From assembly GCF_009914755.1 (NCBI RefSeq), contig NC_060931.1: a stretch of 64,000 bases of DNA. One strand, 5' to 3'. Positions 41,220-53,208 of this stretch are shown piece by piece (the stretch's first letter is position 1; each line of letters starts with the position of its first letter). The notes beneath the pieces are model-generated. The model was not told the DNA's origin. It worked only from the letters and a program-made list of their open reading frames with translations, and did not search any database. The DNA is from the human T2T-CHM13v2.0 reference genome, Homo sapiens. A program made the position numbers and the translations under genes.

Positions 41220-42625
41220 AACCACTCCTTTAATCATTTTTTGAGGCTAGTATAACATTGATATCCAAAACCAATAAGAACGCTTTAAGAAAGTCAAACT
41301 ACAGGCTAATCTCATTCATGAACATAGATGAAAAAACCCCAAACAAACCATGACCAAACCAAATTTAGCAATCTATGAAAAAGATAATATTTCATATCCA
41401 GGTTGGGTTTATTCCAAGAATGCAGGCTTATTTTAGCATTAAAACATCAATTCATATAATTCATTATTTTAGCAGAAGAAAATAGAAATATGATAATCTC
41501 AGTAAATTTAGAAAGAGGTATATGAAAAAACTCAACACCCATTCATGATAAAAACATTAGGAATAGAATGTATTTTTATTCCTAACATTAGGAATAGAAT
41601 GTATCTTCATTAACCTGATTAAGGGTAGCAACAAGAAACCTAAAGTAAACATCATCCTTAATGGTGAACACTGAAAACTTTGTTTGAAATCAGAAATAAT
41701 AATAATGATGGCTGCTATCACCACTTCTAATCAAAACTGAATTAAAAGTCCTAAGCAACTTGATAAGAAAAAGAAATAGATGAAAGGAAGCTATCATTAT
41801 TCATAACTGATATGATTGTGCATATAAAAAATCCAGAAGAATCTACAGGTAAATGTTAGAATATAAAGAGATTTTAATAATGTTGCTTGATACAAGATTA
41901 GCATAAAAGTCAATTCTACTTATGTTCTTGCAAAAAATTAGGAAATAAAATTCAAAATATTATTCCATTTATGAGACCATAAACATGAAGTATATAAAGA
42001 CAAATCCAACAAAAATATGTGTAAGACCTCCGAAGAAAATAAAACTTTCAGAGTTATTAAAGAAGATCTGAATGAATGGAGGAATGTTCTACATCCATGG
42101 ATAGAAGACTCAAATATAGTAAATATGTTAACCTTCCCCATATTGCCCTTTAGCTGCAATTTATTTCCAGTAACAGCTCAGCAGGTTTTTATGTGGATCT
42201 TGGCAGGCTGATTCTATGATGTACAAATAAATGAAAAGGGCTAAGAATATTTAAAAGGTTCTTGAAGAAGACAACTAAAGTTAGAGAACTGGACCTAGCA
42301 GATATCAAGACTTATTAAAACCTATATTATTAAGACATTATAGTCTTGGTGCAGAGATAGACAGATTGACCAATGGAATGGAATATAGGGTCTTGAAACT
42401 GGTGGAAGATCTTTTTGTTAGCTTTATTCCTATGTCATATTTTTATGCTATCATAACTAGAATAAGTTTTAAAGTCTTATTTTCCAATTGCTTGCTGATA
42501 CATAGAAATATAAGACTTTTATGTTAATTTTGTGTCGAGCAACATTACTAAACTCTCTTATTATAATATTTGCTTGTTGATTCATGTGGGTTTTTACATA
42601 CAAAATCATAACAGTTATCATTAAT
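41220..42625. mobile_element. Old L1M ORF2 fragments: sense ~41220-42400, antisense ~42460-42625
   Basis: Degenerate L1 ORF2 text (KEDLNEWRNVLHPWIED; aattcaacacccattcatgataaa-like motif). Confidence 0.8.
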
Positions 42626-43232
42626 GACCAGCCAAGAAGGGGCTCCCCCAAAACATCCATTCACGCCAGCTTAACGGCTGTGGTGGAGGAGAGAATCAAC
42701 AGCAACACGGGCTGTGCTTGAAAGAAGAGAAGGAAGTGGGATTCTCCCTCCTCCAACAGAGTCTTTCCAGGAAAAGCCATTCAAAGGCAGTGAGATCTTT
42801 TGAAGACCAGTCTTTAATAAGTGGTGTGATATAATATCATATACTTCAATAATTAGAATCCGGTTAAATGAGAAAAAATTATATAAGTCATACACACAGT
42901 GCTGGGTTTGTGTTCAACAAGCATACATGTCCATCTCCCATCACATCTCTTCTCTCCACTCCAGGTCCCTACTTCAGAGAGATTTTTTTTTCCTAAGAAA
43001 TACCTTGTGCAACACACACGCGGAACTTTCCAGGTGTAGTGAGTGGTTATGACTCTATGAGAAGCACAGTATGAGGGCTTGCCTTTTTCAATTCCAAGAT
43101 GAATTTTGTAATGAAATAGTAAATAACTTTTTGACATTGTATTCAGTGAAGTTGCCATGTCAAGTTTAAATATGAAAGGAGAGTTTCCCAAATGATATGA
43201 ATCAAGAAGTCATAGAAGATGATTTAAAAGTC

Positions 43233-43290
<58 letters not shown>
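43233..43290. repeat. Compound microsatellite (AT)~12(AC)~15
   Basis: Directly visible. Confidence 0.97.
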
Positions 43291-43291
<1 letters not shown>

Positions 43292-45707
43292 GCAGACCTT
43301 GATTTTAATCAAGTTTTAATGGAGTAGGCAGCAGTAGTATTCAAAGCTTTACAAAACAGGTAAAAATTCATTCACATTTTAATGAGAAAGTTTAAGGATG
43401 GTGTGTATCAGACATTAATTATTAGTTTTGGATGTCAAAGGTTGAATGGATTTCAAAATAAAATATATACATATTATATAAATCATATTCACAGTGCTGG
43501 CATATATATATATGCACCTACAAAGTATCCAGTATACAAGTATTGATACAATATCAAGTATATTCTTGATACTTAGATTCATGAATCAGGATCATTGTGC
43601 AGTGGAAAGAAATGTTCCTATCACAATGCTAAAACTGCATGACTTCCCCTGGGAAGACTCCCTGTACCATCCTCCTCCTATGCTGCCCACCTGGCTTTAC
43701 CTTCCTGCTTCTGTTCCCTTGGTACCTTAGTTATATCTCTTTCATAGCACTTTTCACACTCTGGTCATTGTTCTTTTACTTCCCTGCATCCATCACTAGG
43801 CTATAAACTCCCTGTGTGGGACCAAATTCTATTGGTTTGAATATTCCCAAGGCCTGGCATACAGTAGGCACTCATAAATACTGGCAGAATGAGTTCACTG
43901 TAAAATAATAGAGGAGACAGTGGGCATTTTAGAAAATTTTTTTAAAAATTCTAACATAAAACATTTCATTCCCTCAGTTTTATGACAGCAGACAAATCAT
44001 TGGAATATATCCTTTCCTTTCTCTTTCCCTAAGAATAAATTTTTAGGGAGTTCAAATTGTTTTTCAATAGCACTTTGTTCAGAAGTGTGCACATCTGTTA
44101 AATCCTACTGAGTAAAATTCGGCAACAGCAGGTAAATCTGTGATAATTCTGTCTGATTTTCCTGTTGTTACCACCCTCCCATGGCCAAACCACATTGCAG
44201 CTCAAGTAACATTCATGACCCAAATACTCTTTCCTACCCACTCGCTAAAAGTCCATTATTATTTTACTCACAAGCCAGTTCACATTTGAGAGCAAAATAA
44301 CTCTAATGTATATAACGAATGTGACACATCTTGGCATCATTCAAGCCTTATGAGCATGGGTTAGCATGCTTGCCACAAGCCCATGTTCACATGAATGACA
44401 AGATTCATGTGGCAAGAGCCACCAATTATGTAGTAAGTTATGAGTTCAAGTAACATGGGCATATGGTTTATGACCTAGGTTTATTCTGGTTTTAAGGAAA
44501 ATGGATCTAAAGAATAAAAAAATACTTACACTCTTGGTTGCATTGTTTCTCTGATTTTTCTATATGCTAGTAAGGATGCAGATCCTACTGTCTGTATAAT
44601 TAAAGAAACAAACAAAGAAAGCTGCAGGCTTCCAACAGAGGGTAACTGCTTGGGGGTGGGTGTCAGAGTAGGGGCACAGGGTTATAGCATATAATCACAT
44701 TTGGCCACCAGTGAGGTTCTATCCCTCTTTGCACTATGAAATATCATCTGGCTTAGAGCCAGCCATGTAGAAACGGTTTCATCATCAAACTGGAGAATGA
44801 GCAAATCAGAAATGGAATTAATTTACACCTAGGCAATAGTCCTAATTTTGTATGTGTCTGGTCAGCATAATAATTTATTTTTGGAATGAAAGAGAATAAG
44901 AATCAATAAATAATACAGAGCTCAAAACTTCCAGAAAGTGCAAAACAGAGACAGGAACCTGGTGATCTCAGGAAGTGAATGACACTTAAATGTATTAAAA
45001 ATAAAAGATTCTGTTAATAAACAGTTGGAACTGTTTTCATTAATTACAGCCTCTAAGATAATAAACACTTTTTGGATTTCTTCAAATAGAAAATAAACCA
45101 AAGGGAAAACATTCTGAGGTAGTGTCAGGAAATCAAAGGACAAAGCCGTATCTTTGTAAATCAAAGTAAAAAATGTGGTTGGAATTTTGGGGAAGTGATT
45201 TTGCTTGTGGGATTGTCCTTATGAACTTTTAGTTTCATTGAAAAAATTACATCATTGAGTTATGTTTCAAGTTGAAGACACCCATCAGAACCTTATTTCC
45301 CTTAGCACCTCCCAAGTTTATGTCATTACATGTATGACAAATGTACAAGTGTTTTTGTCTTCGTGTCAATTGGGTTTGCACTCAAGAAGCCCAAATGCAA
45401 AGTCTTTCTTTCCTGAGAAACTAAGGCCTAAAGACAGCTATTTGAAAACACTTTACCAACATAGCACATATAAATTAACACTAAGACAAAGACATATGAC
45501 CAAATAGATGTAAACACAGTGCTTATGAGGCCAGTAACCAAATACTTGCCACGTACTACTCCAGACACAAAATTCTATTAAAGTTGTTAGTAGATGGCTC
45601 ATAGAAGAAAACAGAAATCATAGAACTATGAATCACAGGCAATGGCTGAGTTGAAAGTAAAACTAACAGTCTTTTGATTCCAAGCTAGTTCATAAAACTC
45701 AACCTCC

Positions 45708-45810
45708 ATTTTTTAGAACAGATCCAGGGGGTACATGTGCAAGTTTGTTACGTGGATACATTGTATAGTGGTGGGGTTTGGGCTTCCAGTATACCATCAC
45801 CCAAATATCA
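45708..45810 (-). mobile_element. Very short L1PB/L1PA-type 3' end
   Basis: gggggtacatgtgcaagtttgttac...catcacccaaata is the antisense extreme 3' end of primate L1. Confidence 0.75.
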
Positions 45811-47605
45811 ACCTTGATTTTAGTCAAGTTTTAATGGAGTAGGCAGCAGTTATCTGGGAAAGTCACATGACCTCAGATCATGGTTTCACATCGCTGTAAG
45901 AGCAAGCTGATGTTTGAGACCCAGGTGGTGAGTAGTATGTTGCTAGATTCACTGAGGCATGATAATGTAGAACAGGAACCCATCACCATGTGGAGAATGT
46001 ATGAAGGACAATGCTTTATTTCCAATTCATGCAAATACATTTTTTTTCAGGGCCACATTAAAGATTTTGCTTCATCACAATACATAAGGGAGTGGTATGC
46101 ATATCCTGTAGATAATTACAGCCACAAGAACTCTTAGAAATAAGAAGTTATTTAGTAATTGTAAGCTTACCTGCTTTACAGGAGAAACATGTAGAAGGGT
46201 GAATTATTTCAGCAAAGTTCTACTCATCCAGATGCCCTAGGCTACGGGCTTCTGTAGGCTGCTCTAATGTGTTACAAAACCCTCTTGGGTGAACTGGGTG
46301 TGGACGCTGCATGAGGTTTTCATACACCTTCAGCTCCAGAACCAACTTCTGACATCAAGACAACCCTCACTATGCATTTTTCTGTACCATGAGATACAGA
46401 AATTCTGAGAACTTTTTGAAACCATAGTTATCTCTCTTTAAGAGATCACAATATAAAAACTTAGGGGCTGAGATAATAAAGGAAAAACACAGGTATCTGC
46501 CTGGAAAATGATATGAAAATGATTTTATTGAAAATATATGTCTTTTTCTCAATCAGTTCTACATTTTTTATCCTTAGGATTATGTCACATGAAATTCTAT
46601 GATATTGACATGATAGTGACATGGAAAAACCAAAAATGAGCTCTAGAGACAGGTAAAACTTAACATAAATATCTTCTCTACAAATGTTGCCTGGTAATCC
46701 CAATAGTGAAATATTTTATTTCACCTAAAAGCCTCTTCATCTTGCAAACAATGTCTCAAAATGGGCTTAATGCATATTTAAAAGGTATTTTATATAAGCA
46801 AGGGGCTTCTAAAAAGAAAAAAACAAGGTACAAAAGGTATTTTAAAAAGGTATACTTTTAGAATAACAGAATGCCCACATTTTATTTAAATAAATACGTA
46901 CTTTGTTTCTGTTTAATTTAAACAAATCTAAAGTAATCTTTTCCTTCTCTTGAAAAGATTTATCTTTGTTTAAAGAGAAGATTTTTAAAAAATTTAGCAC
47001 ATAGGTTATATTAACATTTTCCCTTAATGATGGAGTCAAGCCAAGAATGTATTATCAAAGTTCTGTGAGTAACACATTGCCTAGAGGGCTACGACATTTC
47101 TTAATAAGTAACAGCTTGTAAAACAATCTAGTCACCATTTCATGATTAAAGGGCAAGGGTATGGGTATTGTTTAGGAAAACTAGTTTCAAATTCTAGATG
47201 AAAAAGTGTGTTTACACTGGTTTTATTACAGCATGTTTAGAAGATAACAAGTATAGCTTTCTTTACAATGCAGGCATTGGAGGTTCTTTTTTGTTGTTTT
47301 AATGCTCATAGTAGCATATTGGCTTTGCTAGATTGATCAATACAGCATGGTCCCATGGAAAATATGACAAAGTGGGAGACATTCCATCTCCAAAATTATG
47401 ACTAAAATCAAAATTTAGTTTTTCAATGAAAAATGAAAATGTTTGACCATGAGGGACATGTAAACACTGATACATGGAAGTATCCCTAAACTTCTATTTG
47501 AGGAAAATATGAGATGCCAGGCAGAGCATATTCTGGCTGAGTTCTATTCTCGGGACTGTGTTCATGTGGGCAGAGAAGATGAAGAGCAGAGAAGCAGGGG
47601 CTCAC

Positions 47606-47684
47606 CTGTATTCTCCAAATGTCCCATCATCTTCCTTCATAGGCTGGATTTCAGGGTCAGCATGGGCATCTTCCTTTTCTTTAA
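47606..47684 (-). CDS. NRCAM: NrCAM first cytoplasmic exon (79 nt; (V)KEKEDAHADPEIQPMKEDDGTFGEY)
   Basis: Acceptor TTTTTTAG| at 47685-47686 and donor CAG|GTGAG at 47604-47605. L1-family juxtamembrane sequence. Confidence 0.97.
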
Positions 47685-48503
47685 CTAAAAAATGCCAAAA
47701 TGGTATTATTATCTGTTGATCCTGTTCTTTCTTATTCAAAGTCCATGAAAGCATTCTTTGAGATATACAGCAGTGAAAAATAATTCCATACACAAGTAGA
47801 TGTTGTATAACCATATATATGGTGGCCATGCATATATTTTGGTATTTTAGTTATTTTTGAGGCAACCCAATAGAATGTACATTTTTTAACACATAAAGTT
47901 GACTAGTTTCTCACCTGATAAATAATTTTTAAGTTTCTAAGATTTCCCCCTATTTTACCAATCTATTTGTTAACTATATTAATGGTTGCAAATTGTTTTT
48001 GTAAGAGTATTCTCTCACAGATTTTTTTTTTCTTGTCACTGAAGGGAAAATGGTCAGGTAAAGAAAATATAAATTTAATGGGCCCACTAAATTGAATAAA
48101 CCATTACCTTATAGGGAAAGCAATGTTACACATCACAATATGAAGACTTAGTTCATGCATTACTTCCTTTGAAAAACTCCATGAACCTTCCCTGCAACTC
48201 TCTCCTTGCCAGTTGGTTTTAGGTGTTACTTCAGCATCCATAACTTATGTGGAGTCTAAGAAAGTAGGCTCACTAATGTTTTCAGAGAACTGATTGATTT
48301 ACTCCTCCAAATGCCTTATGATCACTGACAATGTTTAGATTGCCATTATATAAAAAGGGATCAAAAGTCATTTGAAGAGAAAGTCCAAACTCATGGCTCT
48401 GGGAAGACAAAATATTACAATCTACATGATTTCCCCCATGATCTTTTTAGTTTAATGGATTATTATGTAGCATTATAAAGCAATTTTAATCTTTCTTTCT
48501 TAC

Positions 48504-48635
48504 CTGGATATTTACCACCCTTGTTTCTTCTGATGAAGCAAACAATCAGCAAAATTAAGATAAGGAGAGCAACAGCACACATCAGACCAATGAACCAGCC
48601 CTGAGTTGCAATATCCACCTGCCGGCTTGCCATCG
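48504..48635 (-). CDS. NRCAM: NrCAM transmembrane exon (132 nt; (A)[43 protein letters not shown])
   Basis: Acceptor TTTTCCAG| at 48636-48637 and donor CAG|GTAAG at 48502-48503. Hydrophobic helix followed by RRNKGGKY. Confidence 0.98.
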
Positions 48636-51600
48636 CTGGAAAACAAATCAGTGGTGTTGGTGGCAATAGGTTAAGGGGAGATGGGAACTGCTGCAGTCTC
48701 TCAGAGTAAAAAATTGCCACGTTATGTGAGCTTTCATATATTTTACATGTGGCCCCAAATTAGGATCTGTCAATTATTAATCAGGAATTATATGAATAAT
48801 TAACTTTGAAAAATCTTCATTCATTAAAAAATTCAAGTAGAGAAATCTGAATAATCATCACATTAAATGCTAAAAACCCCTGGTGAACACTGTGTTCACA
48901 GTTATTTTCACTATATATTCTCAATAAAAACAAATTCCCAAACCAATTAAAGTATTCACTGTTAACAGGATACATTTTACATTAAGTATAATGAGAAAAA
49001 TACAAAACTGAGTTTTAAACAGAACAGAATGTATACATCTAATTGAGTATTTTCTCTTCAAAGGAACTGCTTTTAGAGGCTAAACTGTCCTTGCAAGGCT
49101 GTTGCCATTTTCAGTATTTTTTAGAAATCTGTTAAAAAAGAAAACGGTCCACACAAGAAACCTTTCCAGATCAGGAAAACAGCCATATTGTTTTATATAA
49201 CATCTCAATTTGCACCCAAAATATTACTTAGATTTGTTATTCATCTCATTCACAAGAGTTGGTTCTGAGTGGAAATTTCTGAAAAACCAAATCCACCCTC
49301 AAAGAATCAATATTCGTTATTGCTAAGGATCCATTCAAAAGACCGGAATATCTCTCAGTCAGTGAACTCATTATTTGCCTACATGACCAGTTTGAAAAGA
49401 AAGTACTCACTTAGGTGTATACATATCCTTTCAGTTTGCATCTATTCTGTTTAATAAATGTGAAACCCCTTATTCCATCAGTCATAATATGCAAAATTTC
49501 TAAGAAAACCACAGAATAATGAGCATTTCGGGTATTATTTTAAAGTATCAATCTTATGGGAAAAAGTGCAGCATCAATGGCTATTCAGACATGCCCATGC
49601 AGATTTGCTTAATTAACTAGTATAAATTCTTTTTTAAAAGACCTTTATTTTCTCTCTTTTGACCATAATCAAGATAAAACATTTTCTTCTTTTGACTCTA
49701 TAAGCATGCTTATATCATGCTTTTAATTTGACTGAATTTCTTCCGAATATATTTTACACAGTTGAGTTAGGTGTGTGTGATCTCTGGATGCAGAAATAAA
49801 CATGACTACGCATATCCCAGGTTCAGCTAATGTTGCAAAAATAGCATCTCATTGCCTCTTTTTCTCCATACAAAGTTTAGGGAGAAAAAGGAAATGCTAA
49901 AAATCAAGTGTGAAGAGGAAGGTTAAAAAAAATATGGACATATGTAGAAGAAATAAAATGAGAAGCAAAAATACCTTATTTGAAATACAAGTCAAAGGCT
50001 GGTAGCCTTTTCCCAATAGGCCCTCGTGCCTTATTAGAGAAGTTTTGAGCTGTATCATAGCCACACACAAGTAAAGCATCAGTTTAGGCAGTTTCCCCTT
50101 TCCATACACATACCATAGTCATGATGATGAAGATGAGGACAATGGTAATAGCACTGATGGCTAACAGTTTTGGACCCTTACCATAGGCTAGGCACTGTGC
50201 TGAAGGCACATCTCATTTAATCTTTACAACAATTCTCTGAGGTAGGCATCAGAAATAAATCCATGCCCAGAGAAGGTTAAGAACTTGCCCAAGAGTTGGA
50301 GCAACCTGTGTCTGACTCCAGAAAATATGCTACTAGCCATTATATTATACTGCTGTAATGCATTCCTAAAAACAATCCAGATACCAAATCTGCAAAAATC
50401 TTAAGTTAAAGAATAAAATGCTATAGGCACTTCCTATTCTGAGACAGGCAAAAAGGTATTAAAAGTCCATCATTACATCCTCTTTGGCAACATATTTCTT
50501 TCAATTAATGCCTGGTCTGTGCTTTTTCTTCAAAACTGAACCAAAAACCAAATGGCATTAAGTCTCTTAAGCATTTGACTATAGTTCTTGTTTTCAGTGT
50601 GCTGATTTACAGCCTTGTCATAAATACATTCAGCATTTACATTTTTCATCTAATTAAATGCAACTAAAAAGGGAAAAACAAGATACTCAGGTACTAGCAG
50701 AGATATTGTTCTACAAGGATGGTGACTGCCAAAATCGAACTACTGACTGGCAGTTTGCTGCTATGCAACCATGGAAAAACTGGATGGATGTTTGATGGGT
50801 GGTACACAAACATCCACATTCACTGACTTTGAATTTCTGCCTCTGTGTCTAAAGAAAAAAGTATCGAATATTTCACTGCCCTATTATTTAAAATAGGCAG
50901 ACACAATATGGTAATAGGTGCATGTGTGCACACACACAGTCACATTCACACACACACAAGTACACCAGAAATTGATATAAAACAGAAACTGTGTAAATGG
51001 AATAAAAATTTCTATTGACTTTCCATCCATAAAAGAAAAGATTTAAATTCCAGAATGATTAAAATAGGCATGAAGCCTTTTCAGGACAATCTAAAATCAC
51101 CTGGGACATACAAATCCAAGCCATAACCATGATCATGCATCACACACACATACACACACATGCGCATACACACACATATACCCCACAGAGAGAGAATTAA
51201 ACCTATGGGAGTTTTCCTTCTAGAATCAGTTTCAGTGGGTGGATATCACCCATTGAAGGGCTGGGTAGCGGAGTAAAAGAGAATCTTCATTACTTGATTT
51301 TTTTTAACAATAAAATTATATTCATGTATTATTTGAGTAATCCACAAAATGATAAATTAAACACATATAAAGAACATGAAAACAGAAAATATGGCAGGAG
51401 AATGAGATTTGCTTTGTTTTCTGGAAGTCAGCTTTACAACAGTCTTCTGCTCTGGCGTTGCTTGCTGTCATGGATATCTGTGCTCTGTGGTAGGAGGTCT
51501 CTGAGGAAAATGCTCTTGAGTCCTCAGAACCATAGAATCAACACAGAAGAGAGACAGGGTGAGGGAAATGGTTATTTGTTCTCTACTATTTATGAAGAAT

Positions 51601-51894
51601 GCACTATGGATGAAAATGTCCTGTTCAAATGCTTAGACATCAAACGCTTAGATGTGTTTAGGAAGAGCAAAATGTGACCTTAACCAAAGTTTGGAGACAA
51701 CTGACAAAAAAGCTGTTGGGCCTCGTGAAAACAAATCTGTTTTAAATCCTTTGTGATGATAAGAAAGACTGGGTAATTGAGGGACAGAGGTAAAAGAGGA
51801 AGGGGAGGTGGATGGCATTAATGAGAGGTCACGTCTGGTCATACCAGATGGGGTGGCACTAAAGAGAGGTCAAACGGGGGCAGGGAGTGGCGCT

Positions 51895-52854
51895 AATGAG
51901 CAGTCATACCAGGTGGGGTGGCGGTAATGAGAGGTCATACCGGGTGGGGTGGCGGTAATGAGAGGTCATACCGGGTGGGGTGGCGGTAATGAGAGGTCAT
52001 ACCGGGTGGGGTGGCGGTAATGAGAGGTCATACCGGGTGGGGTGGGGTAGTGAGAGGTCATACCGGGTGGGGTGGGGTAGTGAGAGGTCATACCGGGTGG
52101 GGTGGCGGTAATGAGAGGTCATACCAGGTGGGGTGGGGTAGTGAGAGGTCATACCGGGTGGGGTGGCGGTAATGAGAGGTCATACCGGGTGGGGTGGGGT
52201 AGTGAGAGGTCATACCGGGTGGGGTGGCGGTAATGAGAGGTCATACCAGGTGGGGTGGGGTAGTGAGAGGTCATACCGGGTGGGGTGGGGTAATGAGAGG
52301 TCATACCGGGTGGGGTGGCGGTAATGAGAGGTCATACCGGGTGGGGTGGGGTAATGAGAGGTCATACCAGGTGGGGTGGGGTAGTGAGAGGTCATACCAG
52401 GTGGGGTGGGGTAGTGAGAGGTCATACCGGGTGGGGTGGCGGTAATGAGAGGTCATACCGGGTGGGGTGGGGTAGTGAGAGGTCATACCGGGTGGGGTGG
52501 GGTAGTGAGAGGTCATACCGGGTGGGGTGGGGTAGTGAGAGGTCATACCGGGTGGGGTGGCGGTAATGAGAGGTCATACCAGGTGGGGTGGGGTAGTGAG
52601 AGGTCATACCGGGTGGGGTGGGGTAATGAGAGGTCATACCGGGTGGGGTGGCAGTAATGAGAGGTCATACCAGGTGGGGTGGGGTAGTGAGAGGTCATAC
52701 CGGGTGGGGTGGGGTAATGAGAGGTCATACCGGGTGGGGTGGCGGTAATGAGAGGTCATACCGGGTGGGGTGGGGTAATGAGAGGTCATACCAGGTGGGG
52801 TGGGGTAGTGAGAGGTCATACCAGGTGGGGTGGGGTAATGAGAGGTCATACCAG
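51895..52854 (+). repeat. G-rich minisatellite (VNTR): about 32 copies of 30/31-bp units A(A/G)TGAGAGGTCATACC(G/A)GGTGGGGTGG(G/CG)GT, plus degenerate copies at 51810-51895
   Basis: Counted directly. It generates the stacked repetitive ORFs at 52210-52921. Confidence 0.98.
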
Positions 52855-53149
52855 TAGTACGGGGAAGAAGCGCAGCATCAGGACACCGCCTATCTCGTCT
52901 GTTTTTCAGTTTGTGCCATAGGAAAAAAATTAAGAAATATACCTTAGAAATCCAGGGTATAAAAGGGAGAGATGGTGTAATGGTAGGAAGATTGATGAAA
53001 TAACTATAGATAAAGTTGAGTCCAGTGTCCTAAAATTAGCAGAAATCAGAGAAAGAGAGAGAAGTAGATCATGAATGCAGAGTTTAAAAATTAGCCAACG
53101 ATAGGCTTTCATGCCAAATATTGACATCCTTACACCGCGGAACCCAGCG

Positions 53150-53208
53150 GGAGGAGAGGAGAGGAGAGGAGAGGAGAGGAGAGGAGGAGCAGGAGCAGGA
53201 GCAGGGGC
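53150..53208 (+). repeat. (GGAGA)n followed by (GGAGCA)n simple repeat
   Basis: Directly visible purine-rich tract. Confidence 0.92.

Noticed and set aside
51895-52921. CRISPR-like periodic array and stacked ORFs (MTSHYPTPPG..., MAVMRGHTGWGG...)
   Set aside because: Units are head-to-tail with no unique spacers and no cas genes, in a human intron. The ORFs are by-products of the tandem repeat.
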